Assembly (NCBI GenBank): GCA_027069855.1
Contig: JALXEF010000048.1
Location: 504 to 64,503 of the forward strand
Reading direction: 5' to 3'
Source: a candidate division WOR-3 bacterium
Lineage (GTDB): Bacteria; Hydrothermota; Hydrothermia; WGAB01
Length of the DNA stretch: 64,000 bases
Shown: one piece after another, positions 19,764 to 29,932 of the stretch
Layout of the letters: each line of letters opens with the position of its first letter
Position numbering within the stretch: position 1 is the first letter of the stretch
Made by a program: the position numbers and the translations under genes
The notes under the pieces: generated by a model
The model's input: only the letters and a program-made list of their open reading frames with translations
The model's database searches: none
What the model was told of the DNA's origin: nothing

Positions 19764-20602
19764 ACTGGACCCAGAGCCTCCGGCAACGCTTCAATTCCCG
19801 GAACGCCACCCGCGAGCGGGCGGAGCCGCCCCGCCCCCTGTTCGTCCCGAACCCCAAGATCATGGTGCGTAACCTCAACTTCTACTACGGCGACTTCCAG
19901 GCCCTGTATGACAACAACCTGGACATCGCCGCCCACAAGGTCACGGCCATCATCGGCCCCTCGGGCTGCGGCAAGTCCACCCATATCCGGGTGTACAACC
20001 GCATCTTTGAGCTGTACCGCGACCAGCGGGCCGAGGGCGCCGTGTACCTGGACGGGGTCAACATCCTCTCGCCGGAGGTGGATGTCATTGAGCTGCGGCG
20101 GCGCATCGGCATGATCTTCCAGAAGCCCACGCCCTTCCCCATGAGCATCTTTGACAATGTGGCCTACGGGCTGCGGCTGCATTACCGGCTTTCCAAAAGC
20201 GAACTGGAAGACCGGGTGCGCGCGGCGCTGGAGGCCGCCGCCCTCTGGGATGAGGTCAAGGACAAACTGCACCAGTCCGCCTACGCCCTTTCCGGCGGCC
20301 AGCAGCAACGGCTCGTGATCGCCCGGGCCCTGGCCGTGGAGCCCGAGGTGTTGCTCATGGACGAGCCCACCTCGGCCATTGACCCCGTGGCCACTGCCCG
20401 CATTGAAGACCTGGTGGAATCGCTGAAGGAGCGGTACACCATCGTGATCGTCACCCACAACATGCAGCAGGCGGCCCGAATTTCCGACTACACGGCCTTC
20501 TTTTACAACGGCCGCATCGTGGAATTCGGCCCCACCGAACAGATCTTCACCAACCCCAAAAACAAGCAAACCGAGGCCTACATCACGGGCCGGTTTGGAT
20601 GA
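19760..20602 (+). CDS. pstB: Phosphate ABC transporter ATP-binding protein
   Basis: Start at MNWTQS, ATGA-coupled to pstA. Walker [13 protein letters not shown] signature LSGGQQQRL, Walker [10 protein letters not shown]. The 551-aa ORF-track entry at 18947 is an alternate-frame artefact. Confidence 0.9.
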   Translation: MNWTQSLRQRFNSRNATRERAEPPRPLFVPNPKIMVRNLNFYYGDFQALYDNNLDIAAHKVTAIIGPSGCGKSTHIRVYNRIFELYRDQRAEGAVYLDGVNILSPEVDVIELRRRIGMIFQKPTPFPMSIFDNVAYGLRLHYRLSKSELEDRVRAALEAAALWDEVKDKLHQSAYALSGGQQQRLVIARALAVEPEVLLMDEPTSAIDPVATARIEDLVESLKERYTIVIVTHNMQQAARISDYTAFFYNGRIVEFGPTEQIFTNPKNKQTEAYITGRFG

Positions 20603-21285
20603 GGTGTCCGATGCCGGTTCACTTTCGCCGAGAACTGCAACGCCTGAGCGACAAGATCCTGGCCCTGAGCCGCCGGGTGGAGGACCAAGTGTGGCAATCG
20701 GTGCGCGCCGTGGAGGAGCGCGATGCCGACCTCGCCCGCCAGGTGATCCAGACCGACCGGGCCATTGACCTGGAAGAGGTGGAGGTGGAAGAGGAGTGCC
20801 TCAAGATCCTGGCCCTGTATCAACCCGTGGCCATTGACCTGCGCTATGTGGTGGCCGTGCTGAAGATCAACAACGATCTCGAACGCATCGGCGATCTGGC
20901 CGCCAACATCGCCGAGCGGGCTCTGTTCCTGGCCCAGCATCCGGAGTTCCAGCTGCCCGTGGACCTCACCCGCATGGCCCACAAAACCCTGGAAATGCTC
21001 CGCAACAGCCTGCAGGCCCTGGTCAACCTGGACGCAGACCTGGCCCGGCAGGTGTGCCGCGCCGACAGCGAGGTGGATGCCCTGCACCTGGAAATCTACC
21101 GGAAGGTGGTGGACCAGCTCTGCAGCCACTGCGACTGCGTGCGCTGCTACATTTCCACCCTCTCCGTGTCCAAGCACCTGGAGCGCATCGCCGATCTCGC
21201 CACCAACATCGCCGAGGACATCATTTACATGATCGAAGGCAGGATCATCCGCCACCACCTCGGTGGTGAGGAACCCCGTGAGTAA
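20599..21285 (+). CDS. phoU: Phosphate signalling complex protein
   Basis: Two PhoU repeats (E..DLERIGD and [15 protein letters not shown]). ATGA-coupled to pstB. Confidence 0.85.
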   Translation: MRCPMPVHFRRELQRLSDKILALSRRVEDQVWQSVRAVEERDADLARQVIQTDRAIDLEEVEVEEECLKILALYQPVAIDLRYVVAVLKINNDLERIGDLAANIAERALFLAQHPEFQLPVDLTRMAHKTLEMLRNSLQALVNLDADLARQVCRADSEVDALHLEIYRKVVDQLCSHCDCVRCYISTLSVSKHLERIADLATNIAEDIIYMIEGRIIRHHLGGEEPRE

Positions 21286-21682
21286 CAGCCGGATCAACCT
21301 GGTTTTGGGGCTCGTGTGGTTTCCGCTGTGGGGCTATCACGCCCTGGCCCGGCTCTGGTCCCGGGGTTGGATCGGCGACGCCCTGGTGGAAATGCTGCTG
21401 CTCTTTCCCCTGGGCATCGTGTGGGTGGCCGACGGCCTCCGGTTCTGGTCCACACCCCGGAACAACTACCTGACCCTTCAGGGCCTTTCGTGGATGGACG
21501 CCCTGACCTATGCCGCTGGCGCGGGCGGCCTCCTCGTGATCCTGCTCGGTGTGCTGGGATGCTGCCTGCAGGACCCGGACATGGGCTGGGTGGGATTCAT
21601 CGTGGCGGCCATGGCGGGCCTGCACCTGTATCGCCGATGGCCCTATTACCGGCTGTATAATTCGGGCTCCCAAGGCCTTTGA
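21263..21682 (+). CDS. Hypothetical small membrane protein
   Basis: About 135 aa with 3-4 hydrophobic helices. It overlaps the phoU stop; the true start may be GTG at 21278. No recognisable motif. Confidence 0.45.
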   Translation: MVRNPVSNSRINLVLGLVWFPLWGYHALARLWSRGWIGDALVEMLLLFPLGIVWVADGLRFWSTPRNNYLTLQGLSWMDALTYAAGAGGLLVILLGVLGCCLQDPDMGWVGFIVAAMAGLHLYRRWPYYRLYNSGSQGL

Positions 21683-21697
21683 GGAGGTGCAGGTACC

Positions 21698-22009
21698 ATG
21701 CCGACCCGTGAACAAATCGTTGAAGTTTTGCGTCAGATTTACGACCCCGAAATCCCGGTCAACATCTACGACCTGGGGTTGATCTACGGCATTGAAATCA
21801 AGGGCGACAAGGTCAAGATCCGCATGACCCTCACCGCCCCGGGCTGTCCCCTGGCCGGATACCTCCAGCAGGAGGTCAAAGAACGCCTGGAGGCCCTGGA
21901 GGATGTGTCCGAGGCCGAGGTGGAACTCGTGTGGGAGCCCCGCTGGACCATTGACATGATGACCGAAGAGGGCAAAGAGGCCCTTCGGGCTCTGGGATTC
22001 AACATCTGA
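21698..22009 (+). CDS. DUF59 / MIP18-family FeS-assembly protein (SufT-like)
   Basis: 103 aa. YDPEIPVNIYDLGLIY and TLTAPGCP motifs. RBS GAGGAGG. Confidence 0.8.
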   Translation: MPTREQIVEVLRQIYDPEIPVNIYDLGLIYGIEIKGDKVKIRMTLTAPGCPLAGYLQQEVKERLEALEDVSEAEVELVWEPRWTIDMMTEEGKEALRALGFNI

Positions 22010-22016
22010 TCCTCCC

Positions 22017-24476
22017 ATGAAGCACCGCATCGCCCGCTGGCTCGGCCTGTTGTTGCTCGGAGGGTTCCTTGCGCTGCAGGCCCAGGAACTCTCGCCGGAT
22101 CTCTTGAAGCAGCTTCAGGGAGGCAAAGCCCAGGCCCTTCTGGACTCCCTGCGGCGCTTGCAGCAAGCACCCCCCACGCCCCAGTACCTGCCGCTGGTTC
22201 CCGAAACCGTGCGGGTTCCCCAAAAGCCGGAATACTCCACCATTGAACAGGCCTTCCGAACCGATACCCTGATCCCGGTGTCCCGCGACCTGCAGCAGTT
22301 CGGCTACGACCTGTTTGAACAGGCCTCCGAAATGCTCCAGGCCCTTTCCCAGAGCGAGGTGCTGCCCCCGGTGAGTGGCACCTATCGGCTCGGCCCCGGC
22401 GACCAGATCACCGTGCATGTGTGGGGCAAGATTGACGAGTCGTTCACCTTCACCGTGGATCCGAGTGGCGTCATCGTGCTGCCCAAGGTGGGGCCGGTGA
22501 ATGTGTGGGGCCTGACCTTTGCGGAGGCCACCCGTCTGATCCGCCAGCGCCTGGGCGAGGCCTTCAGCGGCGTGGATTTTTCCGTGTCGCTGAGCGGTCT
22601 TCGGAAGGTGCGCGTGTATGTTGTGGGTGAGGTGGAACGCCCGGGCACCTACACCCTTTCCCCTGTGAGCAATGTGCTGGATCCCCTGATTCTGGCCGGG
22701 GGTGTAAAGAAAACCGGGAGCCTGCGGCGCATCCGGCTTCTTCGGCAGAACGCCGACAGCGCCCGAACCCTGGACCTCTACCGGCTCCTGATCCACGGCA
22801 AACCTCCAAAGGTGTTGCACCTGGAGGACGGCGACATCCTGTTCGTGCCCACCATCGGCCCGGTGGTGGCCGTGGCCGGCGCCGTGCGTCGCCCGGCCAT
22901 CTACGAACTCCGGGGAGCAAGCACGCTGTGGGAGGTGCTGCAGTATGCCGGAGGCCTCTCCTTTCGGTCGGACGCCCACCGGATCCAGATCCAGCGCACC
23001 GAAGACCACCAGCGCCGGGTTGTCACCGAGATCACCCTGCCGGCGCCCCTATCGTCCCGGGAACTCCGGGCCCGTACCCGTCGCGTGCGGGTCCAGGACG
23101 GCGACCTGGTGATCGTGCAGCCCGTGCCCGCCGAGCCGCGCCGGTTTGTGGCTGTGCTGGGCAATGTGTTCCGGCCCGGTGCCTATCCCTGGCACCCGGG
23201 CATGACCCTGCTGGAGGCTCTGCAGGCGGCCGCGGGCTGGAAACCCGGCTCCTATCTGGACCATGTGGAGATCCTGCGGCAGCAGGAGGACGGCTTCCCC
23301 CAGGTGCTGTTCGCCAGCGTCACCCGCGCCCTTCAGGATTCTTCCCAGGACCTTTTGCTCGCCGAATGGGATACCGTGCGGGTGTACGCCATGCAGGATC
23401 TGCGAGCCCCGGACTCCGTGTGGGTGCAGGGAGCCGTGTATCAACCCGGCGCCTACCCCTATCTGCCCAATCTTCGGGCGGCCGACCTGCTGTTTCAGGC
23501 CGGCGGCGCCAAACCCTATGCGGCGCTGGAACATGTGGAGGTGTACCGGATTGATCCTGGAGAGGGCGCCCGCACGGTGGTGCTGAACCTCACCACCGAG
23601 GCCGACCGCCAGTATCCCCTGCGGCCGGGCGACCGGTTGCTGGTCCCCAGGCACCGGGCGTGGCAGCCGGAACAGGAGGTCATCATCACGGGCGAGGTTC
23701 GGTATCCCGGCCACTACCCCTTCGTACCCGGCCAGACCCTGCGCGACCTGATTGAGCGGGCCGGCGGCCCTACGGAACACGCCTATCTCGCCGGCCTGGA
23801 ACTCTATCGGTTTTCCACCGCCCGCCAGTTCCAGGGATTCAGGAAACAAGCGGAGGGTGCTTTGTACGAGGACCTCCTGTGGCAGCAAATGGGGCTCCAG
23901 CAGTCGGAACTCACCAAGGAGGAAAAGGAATTCCAGGAGGCCTATCTCCGCCAGAAACGCCAGGAAATCGTGGCCATGGCGGCCCAGGCTCTACCCGAAA
24001 CCCTGGACACCTACCTCTTGAAACCCCAGGAGGCAGAAACCCTGAAGGTGCACCTGGTGCTCCCCGCAAAGCGCCGACGCGTGGGCTTTTCCATGGTGGA
24101 CACCGCCGGGCTCTCCCTGCCGCTGGAACCCGGCGACTCGGTGCACATCCCCCTCCGCCCCACCACGGTCCAGGTACTGGGGGCCGTGTACTATCCGGGT
24201 GCCTTTGCCTATGTGCCGGGGTATCACCTGGAGGACTACCTGCGGCTGGCCGGCGGCCCGCGGGTGGGCGCCGACCGGAAACACCTCTATGTGGTGAAGG
24301 CTTCGGGAGCGGTGGCCCGGGATCCCCAGGATGTGGAGCCCGGCGACATCGTGTATGTGCCCTGGCGGCCCTACGCCCGCACCCCCATCCGGGTGATCCT
24401 CCGCGACTTTGCGTCCATCGTGTACCAGGCTGCGCTGGCCATCGTGGCCGTGTATTCCATCATGGCCACCCGTTAA
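22017..24476 (+). CDS. Polysaccharide export protein (Wza-like, multi-SLBB-domain periplasmic/outer-membrane protein)
   Basis: 819 aa with a signal peptide. Poly_export-like N-domain (GPGDQITVHVWG) followed by several repeats of the pattern D.V.V.PxxxxVxV.GxVxxPGxYxxxxGxTLxxxLxxAGG. Confidence 0.8.
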   Translation: MKHRIARWLGLLLLGGFLALQAQELSPDLLKQLQGGKAQALLDSLRRLQQAPPTPQYLPLVPETVRVPQKPEYSTIEQAFRTDTLIPVSRDLQQFGYDLFEQASEMLQALSQSEVLPPVSGTYRLGPGDQITVHVWGKIDESFTFTVDPSGVIVLPKVGPVNVWGLTFAEATRLIRQRLGEAFSGVDFSVSLSGLRKVRVYVVGEVERPGTYTLSPVSNVLDPLILAGGVKKTGSLRRIRLLRQNADSARTLDLYRLLIHGKPPKVLHLEDGDILFVPTIGPVVAVAGAVRRPAIYELRGASTLWEVLQYAGGLSFRSDAHRIQIQRTEDHQRRVVTEITLPAPLSSRELRARTRRVRVQDGDLVIVQPVPAEPRRFVAVLGNVFRPGAYPWHPGMTLLEALQAAAGWKPGSYLDHVEILRQQEDGFPQVLFASVTRALQDSSQDLLLAEWDTVRVYAMQDLRAPDSVWVQGAVYQPGAYPYLPNLRAADLLFQAGGAKPYAALEHVEVYRIDPGEGARTVVLNLTTEADRQYPLRPGDRLLVPRHRAWQPEQEVIITGEVRYPGHYPFVPGQTLRDLIERAGGPTEHAYLAGLELYRFSTARQFQGFRKQAEGALYEDLLWQQMGLQQSELTKEEKEFQEAYLRQKRQEIVAMAAQALPETLDTYLLKPQEAETLKVHLVLPAKRRRVGFSMVDTAGLSLPLEPGDSVHIPLRPTTVQVLGAVYYPGAFAYVPGYHLEDYLRLAGGPRVGADRKHLYVVKASGAVARDPQDVEPGDIVYVPWRPYARTPIRVILRDFASIVYQAALAIVAVYSIMATR

Positions 24477-26149
24477 TCGCCGTACACCCGGAGGATCTGG
24501 GTTTCCGGATAGTACTTCTCCACGATCTGGGCGGCACGGTAGCCTTCCCGGGCCATGCCGGCGGCCCCCACCTGACACAAACCCACGCCGTGGCCCGCGC
24601 CTCCACCCCGCAGCAGGATGGTGGTGGGAAGGCCGCCCAGGGACCGGATCAACTCTACCGTAAACAGGGAACTCTTCAGGGGTGGATTGCGTAAAACCCG
24701 GCGGATGCGGTACTGCCCCTCCAGCACCACCTCTCCCCGGGTCCCCACAATCTGAAGTTTGAGGATGCGGCCCGAAACACCCCGTTCCAGGGGCCGAATT
24801 GCGGTAATCTTCCCTACATCCACGCCGGTAAACCGCAGGATCCGACGCCGCACCTCCGCCGGGTCCAGGCGTACCCGCCAGCGGAAGTTGCGCTGCGCCT
24901 CCGGAGTGCGGGCGTTTTCCGGCCGGCCGTAGCACACCTCCGGCGGATGCTCCAGCCAATCGCGCACGGAAATCCTCAGGGGTTCCGAAGCGAACGGCTG
25001 CTCCGGCCCACAGAACACCCCCCGCAGGTACACCCGATCGTGGCCGAATACCTCCTTTGCCGACTCCGTGTGTCCTCCACAGCAGGAGTGGAACAGGGCC
25101 TCAATGGGTCGCCCCTGGTACACCACGATCTTTCCCCGGGTACTCCACACGGCCATGTCGGTTTGGTAGGTGTGGGTTTCCATATCGCCGTAGGCCTGGG
25201 CCGAGTAATCCCCGGGCAGGTCAAAGGGTTCCCAGAAGTTCCGGCCCCGGTCCCAGGCCCACAGGGCATAGGTGCGGGCCACGATGGCCTGGGCCTTGAG
25301 CGCCTCCATAGGATACGAAGGCGACATTTCCCGGGGCACCACGCCCTTCAGGTACTCCTCCAGGGGCAACTCGTTGATCACCAGAAGATTGGAATCGCTG
25401 GCCACCCGAAACTCCAGGATGCCCAAGAGATGCAGGTTCTGGGGCGTGGAGCTCACGAAACGGATCCCCGGGTGCACATTCAACAGCCGAAAGGTATGGT
25501 CCCCCTGCGGGGTAGGAATAAACCGAACCGGACTGGCACATCGCACCAACAGATTCCCCTGGGCGTCCAGTACCTCCAACCAGCCGGTAGCTTCACCCTT
25601 GGGAATCCAGAACACGGGATAGGGTTGCAGCAGGGTATCGCGTCGGATCACCTCCAGGCTGTCAAAGGGCCCCACAAAGAGGGCGTATTCCCGGGCATCC
25701 ACTTTGCCCCTGGGGAACCGAAAGGCTCGGCCCCAGTGTTCCACCCGCAGGGGGTATCCCCGGAGTTCCCAGGAGATCTTAAGGGCCACCGCCGAATCCA
25801 GCGAAAAGGTGGAACCCACCCACGCATAGGGTTCCCATTCGGGCGACAGCCCTTTCAAAAAGCGGATGTGGTAGTTTCCGGAGGCGCCCCGATACAGCAA
25901 CCCACTTCGGCTGAAGATGAAAAAAGAATCCGGTGCGTAAAGATCAAATGAGGAGGCGTAGGCGATGCCCACCCGAATCATGGGGGATTGATAAAATCGG
26001 GCCCTCCCCTGAGGCTTCAGGGCACCCCCTTCGGACTGCCTCCCTGCTGTTGGTGCTGTAGAACACCCGTACCAGACCAGGAGCGTTACGAAGAGAAGCC
26101 CTATGTTTTTCCAGGCGGGGCGTTTTCCCCACCCTGCTGTCTCCCTCAT
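24473..26149 (-). CDS. SpoIID/LytB-domain protein (peptidoglycan amidase enhancer family), lipoprotein
   Basis: 558 aa with lipobox YGCS. The central ...ALKAQAIVARTYAL...HSCCGGHTE...GHGVGLCQVGA stretch is diagnostic of SpoIID/LytB. Confidence 0.8.
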   Translation of the reverse strand: MRETAGWGKRPAWKNIGLLFVTLLVWYGCSTAPTAGRQSEGGALKPQGRARFYQSPMIRVGIAYASSFDLYAPDSFFIFSRSGLLYRGASGNYHIRFLKGLSPEWEPYAWVGSTFSLDSAVALKISWELRGYPLRVEHWGRAFRFPRGKVDAREYALFVGPFDSLEVIRRDTLLQPYPVFWIPKGEATGWLEVLDAQGNLLVRCASPVRFIPTPQGDHTFRLLNVHPGIRFVSSTPQNLHLLGILEFRVASDSNLLVINELPLEEYLKGVVPREMSPSYPMEALKAQAIVARTYALWAWDRGRNFWEPFDLPGDYSAQAYGDMETHTYQTDMAVWSTRGKIVVYQGRPIEALFHSCCGGHTESAKEVFGHDRVYLRGVFCGPEQPFASEPLRISVRDWLEHPPEVCYGRPENARTPEAQRNFRWRVRLDPAEVRRRILRFTGVDVGKITAIRPLERGVSGRILKLQIVGTRGEVVLEGQYRIRRVLRNPPLKSSLFTVELIRSLGGLPTTILLRGGGAGHGVGLCQVGAAGMAREGYRAAQIVEKYYPETQILRVYGD

Positions 26150-26247
26150 TTACGCCTTCCTGTTGCCCCAATAGCACCGGATACGGAATCGCAATTATAC
26201 AGCGGCCCCTACAGGGTAAGTCATAGGAACCACTTGGCAAAAGGAGA

Positions 26248-27081
26248 TCAGGATGTACCGGAAGACTTGGGACGTGCCAGCACCCACTGCACCCGCTGGG
26301 GTGTGGCTTCCACCACCGTAAACTGGATCCCCTGCACCTCCACGGTTTCCCCGGGTGCGGGGACATGATCCAGCGAGGCCATCAGAAGACCTCCCAGCGT
26401 GGAGATCCGGTTGCCGTTCTCCGGTTCCGGTACCGAAATGCCCAAGAGCTGGGCGGCCTTCTGGATTTCCAGTTTCGTGTTCAGCAGCAGGGTGCCGTCC
26501 GACCGCACCTCGTACAACTTCTCTTCGCGGTCGTATTCCTCCCAGATCTCCCCCACGATCTCTTCCAGAAGGTCCTCCAGGGTGACCAGGCCCACCACGG
26601 TGCCGTGCTCATCCACCACCAGACCCAGGGAAACCCGCAAACGCTTGAACTCCTCCAGGGTCTCCAGCACGGTTTTGTTCTCCGGGAAGAACCGGGGCGG
26701 CAACGCAATGTCCCGCGCGGTTTTGGTGTCCAGCTGGTCCAGGTACCGCAACACCTCTTTAATGTGCACCACCCCCACCACCTGGTCCATGCGCTTTTCA
26801 ATCACCGGCATCTTGGAGTACCCATGTTCCAGGTACACTTCCACCACCTTTTGTAGGGGCCAGGCGGCCTTGACCACCACCATATCCACCCGCGGCACCA
26901 GGATCTCCCCCAGGGTCTTGTCCTGGATCTGCAGAATCCGCTCAAAAAGAGAATAGGCAATGGGCGACAGGATCTGATTCCGAAGAGCCTCCCGAATCTC
27001 TTCGGTGAGGTCCTGGGGGCTCTCGGGCCCGGGTGCAATTTTCCAGAGAAGTTTCTGGATCAACCGTTCCAACACGCTCAT
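26248..27081 (-). CDS. CBS-pair plus CorC/HlyC transporter-associated domain protein (CNNM/CorC family)
   Basis: 277 aa with tandem CBS domains and a C-terminal CorC_HlyC domain. Confidence 0.85.
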   Translation of the reverse strand: MSVLERLIQKLLWKIAPGPESPQDLTEEIREALRNQILSPIAYSLFERILQIQDKTLGEILVPRVDMVVVKAAWPLQKVVEVYLEHGYSKMPVIEKRMDQVVGVVHIKEVLRYLDQLDTKTARDIALPPRFFPENKTVLETLEEFKRLRVSLGLVVDEHGTVVGLVTLEDLLEEIVGEIWEEYDREEKLYEVRSDGTLLLNTKLEIQKAAQLLGISVPEPENGNRISTLGGLLMASLDHVPAPGETVEVQGIQFTVVEATPQRVQWVLARPKSSGTS

Positions 27082-27737
27082 GATGACTTGAAGTCAAATC
27101 GGCGTTTTTCGGGCTCCGGGGACACCATTCCCCCGGAGATGATAACCTTCAAGCCTTCCTCAGGTGTTAAGTTCAGGGGAATCAGTTTCTTGCGGGGTAC
27201 CAACAGGTACCACCCCGAAGTGGGGTTCGGGGTGGTGGGCACGAACACGCTCACATACTCGCCCTCGGGCCCCTGCCAGGTCCGGTGGGAGGTGAGGAAC
27301 CCGATGGCATAGGTGCCCTCCACCGGAAACTCCACCAGCACCACCTCCCGGAAGGCCCGGCGATCGTCCAGAAAGGTTTCGGTGAGCTGCCGCGACGAGA
27401 TATAGATGCCCCGGATCAGGGGCACCCGCCGCAGGAACTGGTCGCTCCACTCCAGAAGCCGCCGGCCCACGGTTACGGAGGTCAGAAGCCCGATGAGATA
27501 GATGCCCACGAGCACCAGCAGAAAGGCCAGGGAGGTGAGCAGGAAATCCGGGAGCCGGCCCAGGCCCGGTATGACACGAAGGATCCCTGCCAGGAATCCC
27601 CCCACCTTGTCCACCACGAAGACCACCACGATCAGGGTGATCACCAGGGGGGTGAGGGCCACGAGCCCGGTAAGGAAGTAGCGGTTGACCTGCCGGAACG
27701 ACTCGGAAGACCACGGCGATCGGTCGGGTGCGTTCAT
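27078..27737 (-). CDS. DUF502-family membrane protein
   Basis: 219 aa. Two N-terminal TM helices and the conserved DUF502 core (PLIRGIYISSRQL...EGTYAIGFLT). ATGA-coupled to the CorC-like gene. Confidence 0.75.
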   Translation of the reverse strand: MNAPDRSPWSSESFRQVNRYFLTGLVALTPLVITLIVVVFVVDKVGGFLAGILRVIPGLGRLPDFLLTSLAFLLVLVGIYLIGLLTSVTVGRRLLEWSDQFLRRVPLIRGIYISSRQLTETFLDDRRAFREVVLVEFPVEGTYAIGFLTSHRTWQGPEGEYVSVFVPTTPNPTSGWYLLVPRKKLIPLNLTPEEGLKVIISGGMVSPEPEKRRFDFKSS

Positions 27738-27882
27738 CGTGGAACTTCCCTCCTACCGTGGGGATGGACTGTGGGGAACGCCGATCCTGGCAAGGGCTGA
27801 TCGCCTTGCCCGCCGGAAACCTCCTCCTGAAGCGCTGTCATGGCTCTTAAAACATAAGGGAAAACCCGGAAAAGGCAAGGGC

Positions 27883-29550
27883 CTACATCTTCTCCGGTGC
27901 CCGCACACCCATGAGGTCCAGGCCGTGGCGGATCACCCGCTGCACCGCCCGGGCCAGTGCCAGCCGCGCCCGGGTGCGCGCCAGATCCTCGCCTACGATC
28001 CGATGCTTCTGGTAAAAGGCGTGGAACCCTTCGGCAAGTTGCATCAGGGCGTAGGGCAGGCGATGTGGCTCGTGACGCTCGTGGACGTCCAGCAGCAGGT
28101 CGCCGAAGCCCGAAAGGAGCCGGAGCAGGTGCCGCTCCTCCGGGGTGGTCAGCAGCGCCAGGTCCGAGGGCTGCGCCGACCCCTGCACCCCCTTCTCGGC
28201 CGCATAGGCCATGAGGCTGTGGATCCGGGCGTGGACATACTGCACATAGTACACGGGGTTCTCGCTGGAGAGTTTCCGGGCCAGGTCCAGATCAAAGTCG
28301 AGGGGCGTGGAAATGCTGCGAAGCAGGAAGAAGAAGCGGGCCGCGTCCACGCCCACCTCCTGCACCAGATCGTGCAGGGTGTAGTACTCGCCCTTGCGCT
28401 TGGACATGCGCACCCGTTTGCCGCCCCGCAACAGGGTTACCTGCTGCACGATGAGCACCAGGAAGTTCTCGCCCGACACTTCGGGCCGGCCCAGACCCTC
28501 CCCCAGGAGGTCCAGCGCGATCTTCATGCGTTTCACATGGCCCAGATGGTCCGGGCCCCACAGGTCCACCAGCAGTTCGTAGCCCCGATCGAACTTGTAC
28601 AGGTGGTACGCCAGGTCATACAGGAAATAGGTGGGCCGACCGTCGGACCGAACGAGCACCCGGGGTTTGTCGTCGCCCCGCACCGTGGTGTCCAGGTACA
28701 GGGCCCCTTCCATCTCGCGGAGCACCTTCAGGCGGCGAAAGGCCTCCAGCACCTGCTGGGTATAGGCGAAGCGGCGGCCGATGTGGGGGTTCAGATCGCG
28801 GGGTTCCTCGGCCGGATCGTGGAACTCGGTTTCGTACACGATGTGGTCGAAGGTCACCCCGAAGGCCTGGAGTTCGGCCATCTGGTCGCGGAGGATGGCC
28901 TCGGCCACCCAGCGCGCCCGCTGGCCGTAGGGCAGATCCCGCACCTTTTCGGCATAGTGTTTGAGGTACGCGCCCAGATAACCGTCCTGGGGCGGCGTTT
29001 CCCGTTCGCCCAGGTGCCAGGCGATGCTCTCCTCCAAGGCCCGAATCTGGCCGCCGCCGTCGTTCACATAGTACTCGGCCTCCACCGGCGCCCCCAGCGA
29101 CCGGCCCACGCGCACCAGCGTGTCGCCCACCGAGGCGGCCCGGGCATTGGCCACATTCAAGGGCCCCGTGGGATTGGCCGACACGAACTCGATGAGCATC
29201 CGGCGCCCCTCGGCCACCCTCGGGAGCCAGGCCTCAAAATCGGCCAGCAACTGGGTCAACTGGTCCTGGAGCGCCTGATCGCTGAGCCGAAGGTTCAGAT
29301 AGCCGCGCTGGATCTCCACGGATTCCACCCAGGGGGCCAGTGCCTCCCGAACCCGGGGAGCCAGTTCCTGCAGAATCTCCTGGGGCGGTCGTTTCAGCGG
29401 CCGGGCGAGTTTGAAGCCGATGGGGGCGGCGAAATCTCCGAGATCGGGGTTGGGCGGTACCTCCAGGGCCACCTCCAGCGGCACCCCGAAGGTCTCCTGC
29501 ACCACCTGCTTCAGCCGATCCTCAAGCGTCCGTCGGATGGTCGGGCTCAT
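27883..29550 (-). CDS. argS: Arginine--tRNA ligase
   Basis: Class I aaRS. HIGH-like region (PTGPLNVANARA), KMSK-like SKRKG, and the C-terminal DALR anticodon-binding domain. Start set at MSPTI; an in-frame ATG at 29574 is possible. It overlaps the rsfS 3' end. Confidence 0.9.
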   Translation of the reverse strand: MSPTIRRTLEDRLKQVVQETFGVPLEVALEVPPNPDLGDFAAPIGFKLARPLKRPPQEILQELAPRVREALAPWVESVEIQRGYLNLRLSDQALQDQLTQLLADFEAWLPRVAEGRRMLIEFVSANPTGPLNVANARAASVGDTLVRVGRSLGAPVEAEYYVNDGGGQIRALEESIAWHLGERETPPQDGYLGAYLKHYAEKVRDLPYGQRARWVAEAILRDQMAELQAFGVTFDHIVYETEFHDPAEEPRDLNPHIGRRFAYTQQVLEAFRRLKVLREMEGALYLDTTVRGDDKPRVLVRSDGRPTYFLYDLAYHLYKFDRGYELLVDLWGPDHLGHVKRMKIALDLLGEGLGRPEVSGENFLVLIVQQVTLLRGGKRVRMSKRKGEYYTLHDLVQEVGVDAARFFFLLRSISTPLDFDLDLARKLSSENPVYYVQYVHARIHSLMAYAAEKGVQGSAQPSDLALLTTPEERHLLRLLSGFGDLLLDVHERHEPHRLPYALMQLAEGFHAFYQKHRIVGEDLARTRARLALARAVQRVIRHGLDLMGVRAPEKM

Positions 29551-29905
29551 CGGGGAGTTTCCAGGAGGGGACATCACCCCAAAGGGTTTCCAGGCTGTAG
29601 TAACTTCGGGTTTCCGGGCGAAATAGGTGTACGATGAGGTACTCAAAGTCCATCAGGATCCAGGTGCCGTGGTCGTAGCCCTCCACATGGTGCAGGGGCA
29701 GGCCGATCTCTTCCAGGGCCTCCTGGAGCCGATCGGCCATGGCCCGCAAATGTTCCGCCGTGTGGCCACTGGCGATCAGGAAAAAGTCAAAGAAGTTGGT
29801 TACCGGGCGGAGATCCAGGACCACCAGATCCCAGCCCTTCTTTTCCTGTACCGCGCGAATGGCCTCGCGCAATCCGGGGTCTTCAGGCAGTTTTTTGGGT
29901 GTCAT
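29522..29905 (-). CDS. rsfS: Ribosomal silencing factor (iojap family)
   Basis: 127 aa. GWDLVVLDL...FDFFLIASGHTAEHLRAMAD is characteristic of RsfS/iojap. Confidence 0.8.
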   Translation of the reverse strand: MTPKKLPEDPGLREAIRAVQEKKGWDLVVLDLRPVTNFFDFFLIASGHTAEHLRAMADRLQEALEEIGLPLHHVEGYDHGTWILMDFEYLIVHLFRPETRSYYSLETLWGDVPSWKLPDEPDHPTDA

Positions 29906-29932
29906 AGAGTTCTGGGATTGTGCCCATGGGGG

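Noticed and set aside
18947-20602. 551-aa plus-strand ORF spanning pstA and pstB
   Set aside because: It is an alternate reading frame across pstA that merges into the pstB frame. The real pstB starts at 19760 with ATGA coupling.
27789-27810. Inverted repeat GGCAAGGGC-tgat-GCCCTTGCC downstream of argS
   Set aside because: It has a GC stem but no flanking U-tract on either strand, so it is not convincing as an intrinsic terminator.
27685-29637. 650-aa plus-strand ORF opposite argS
   Set aside because: It is a shadow of argS. Its His/Gln/Gly-rich translation has no features.
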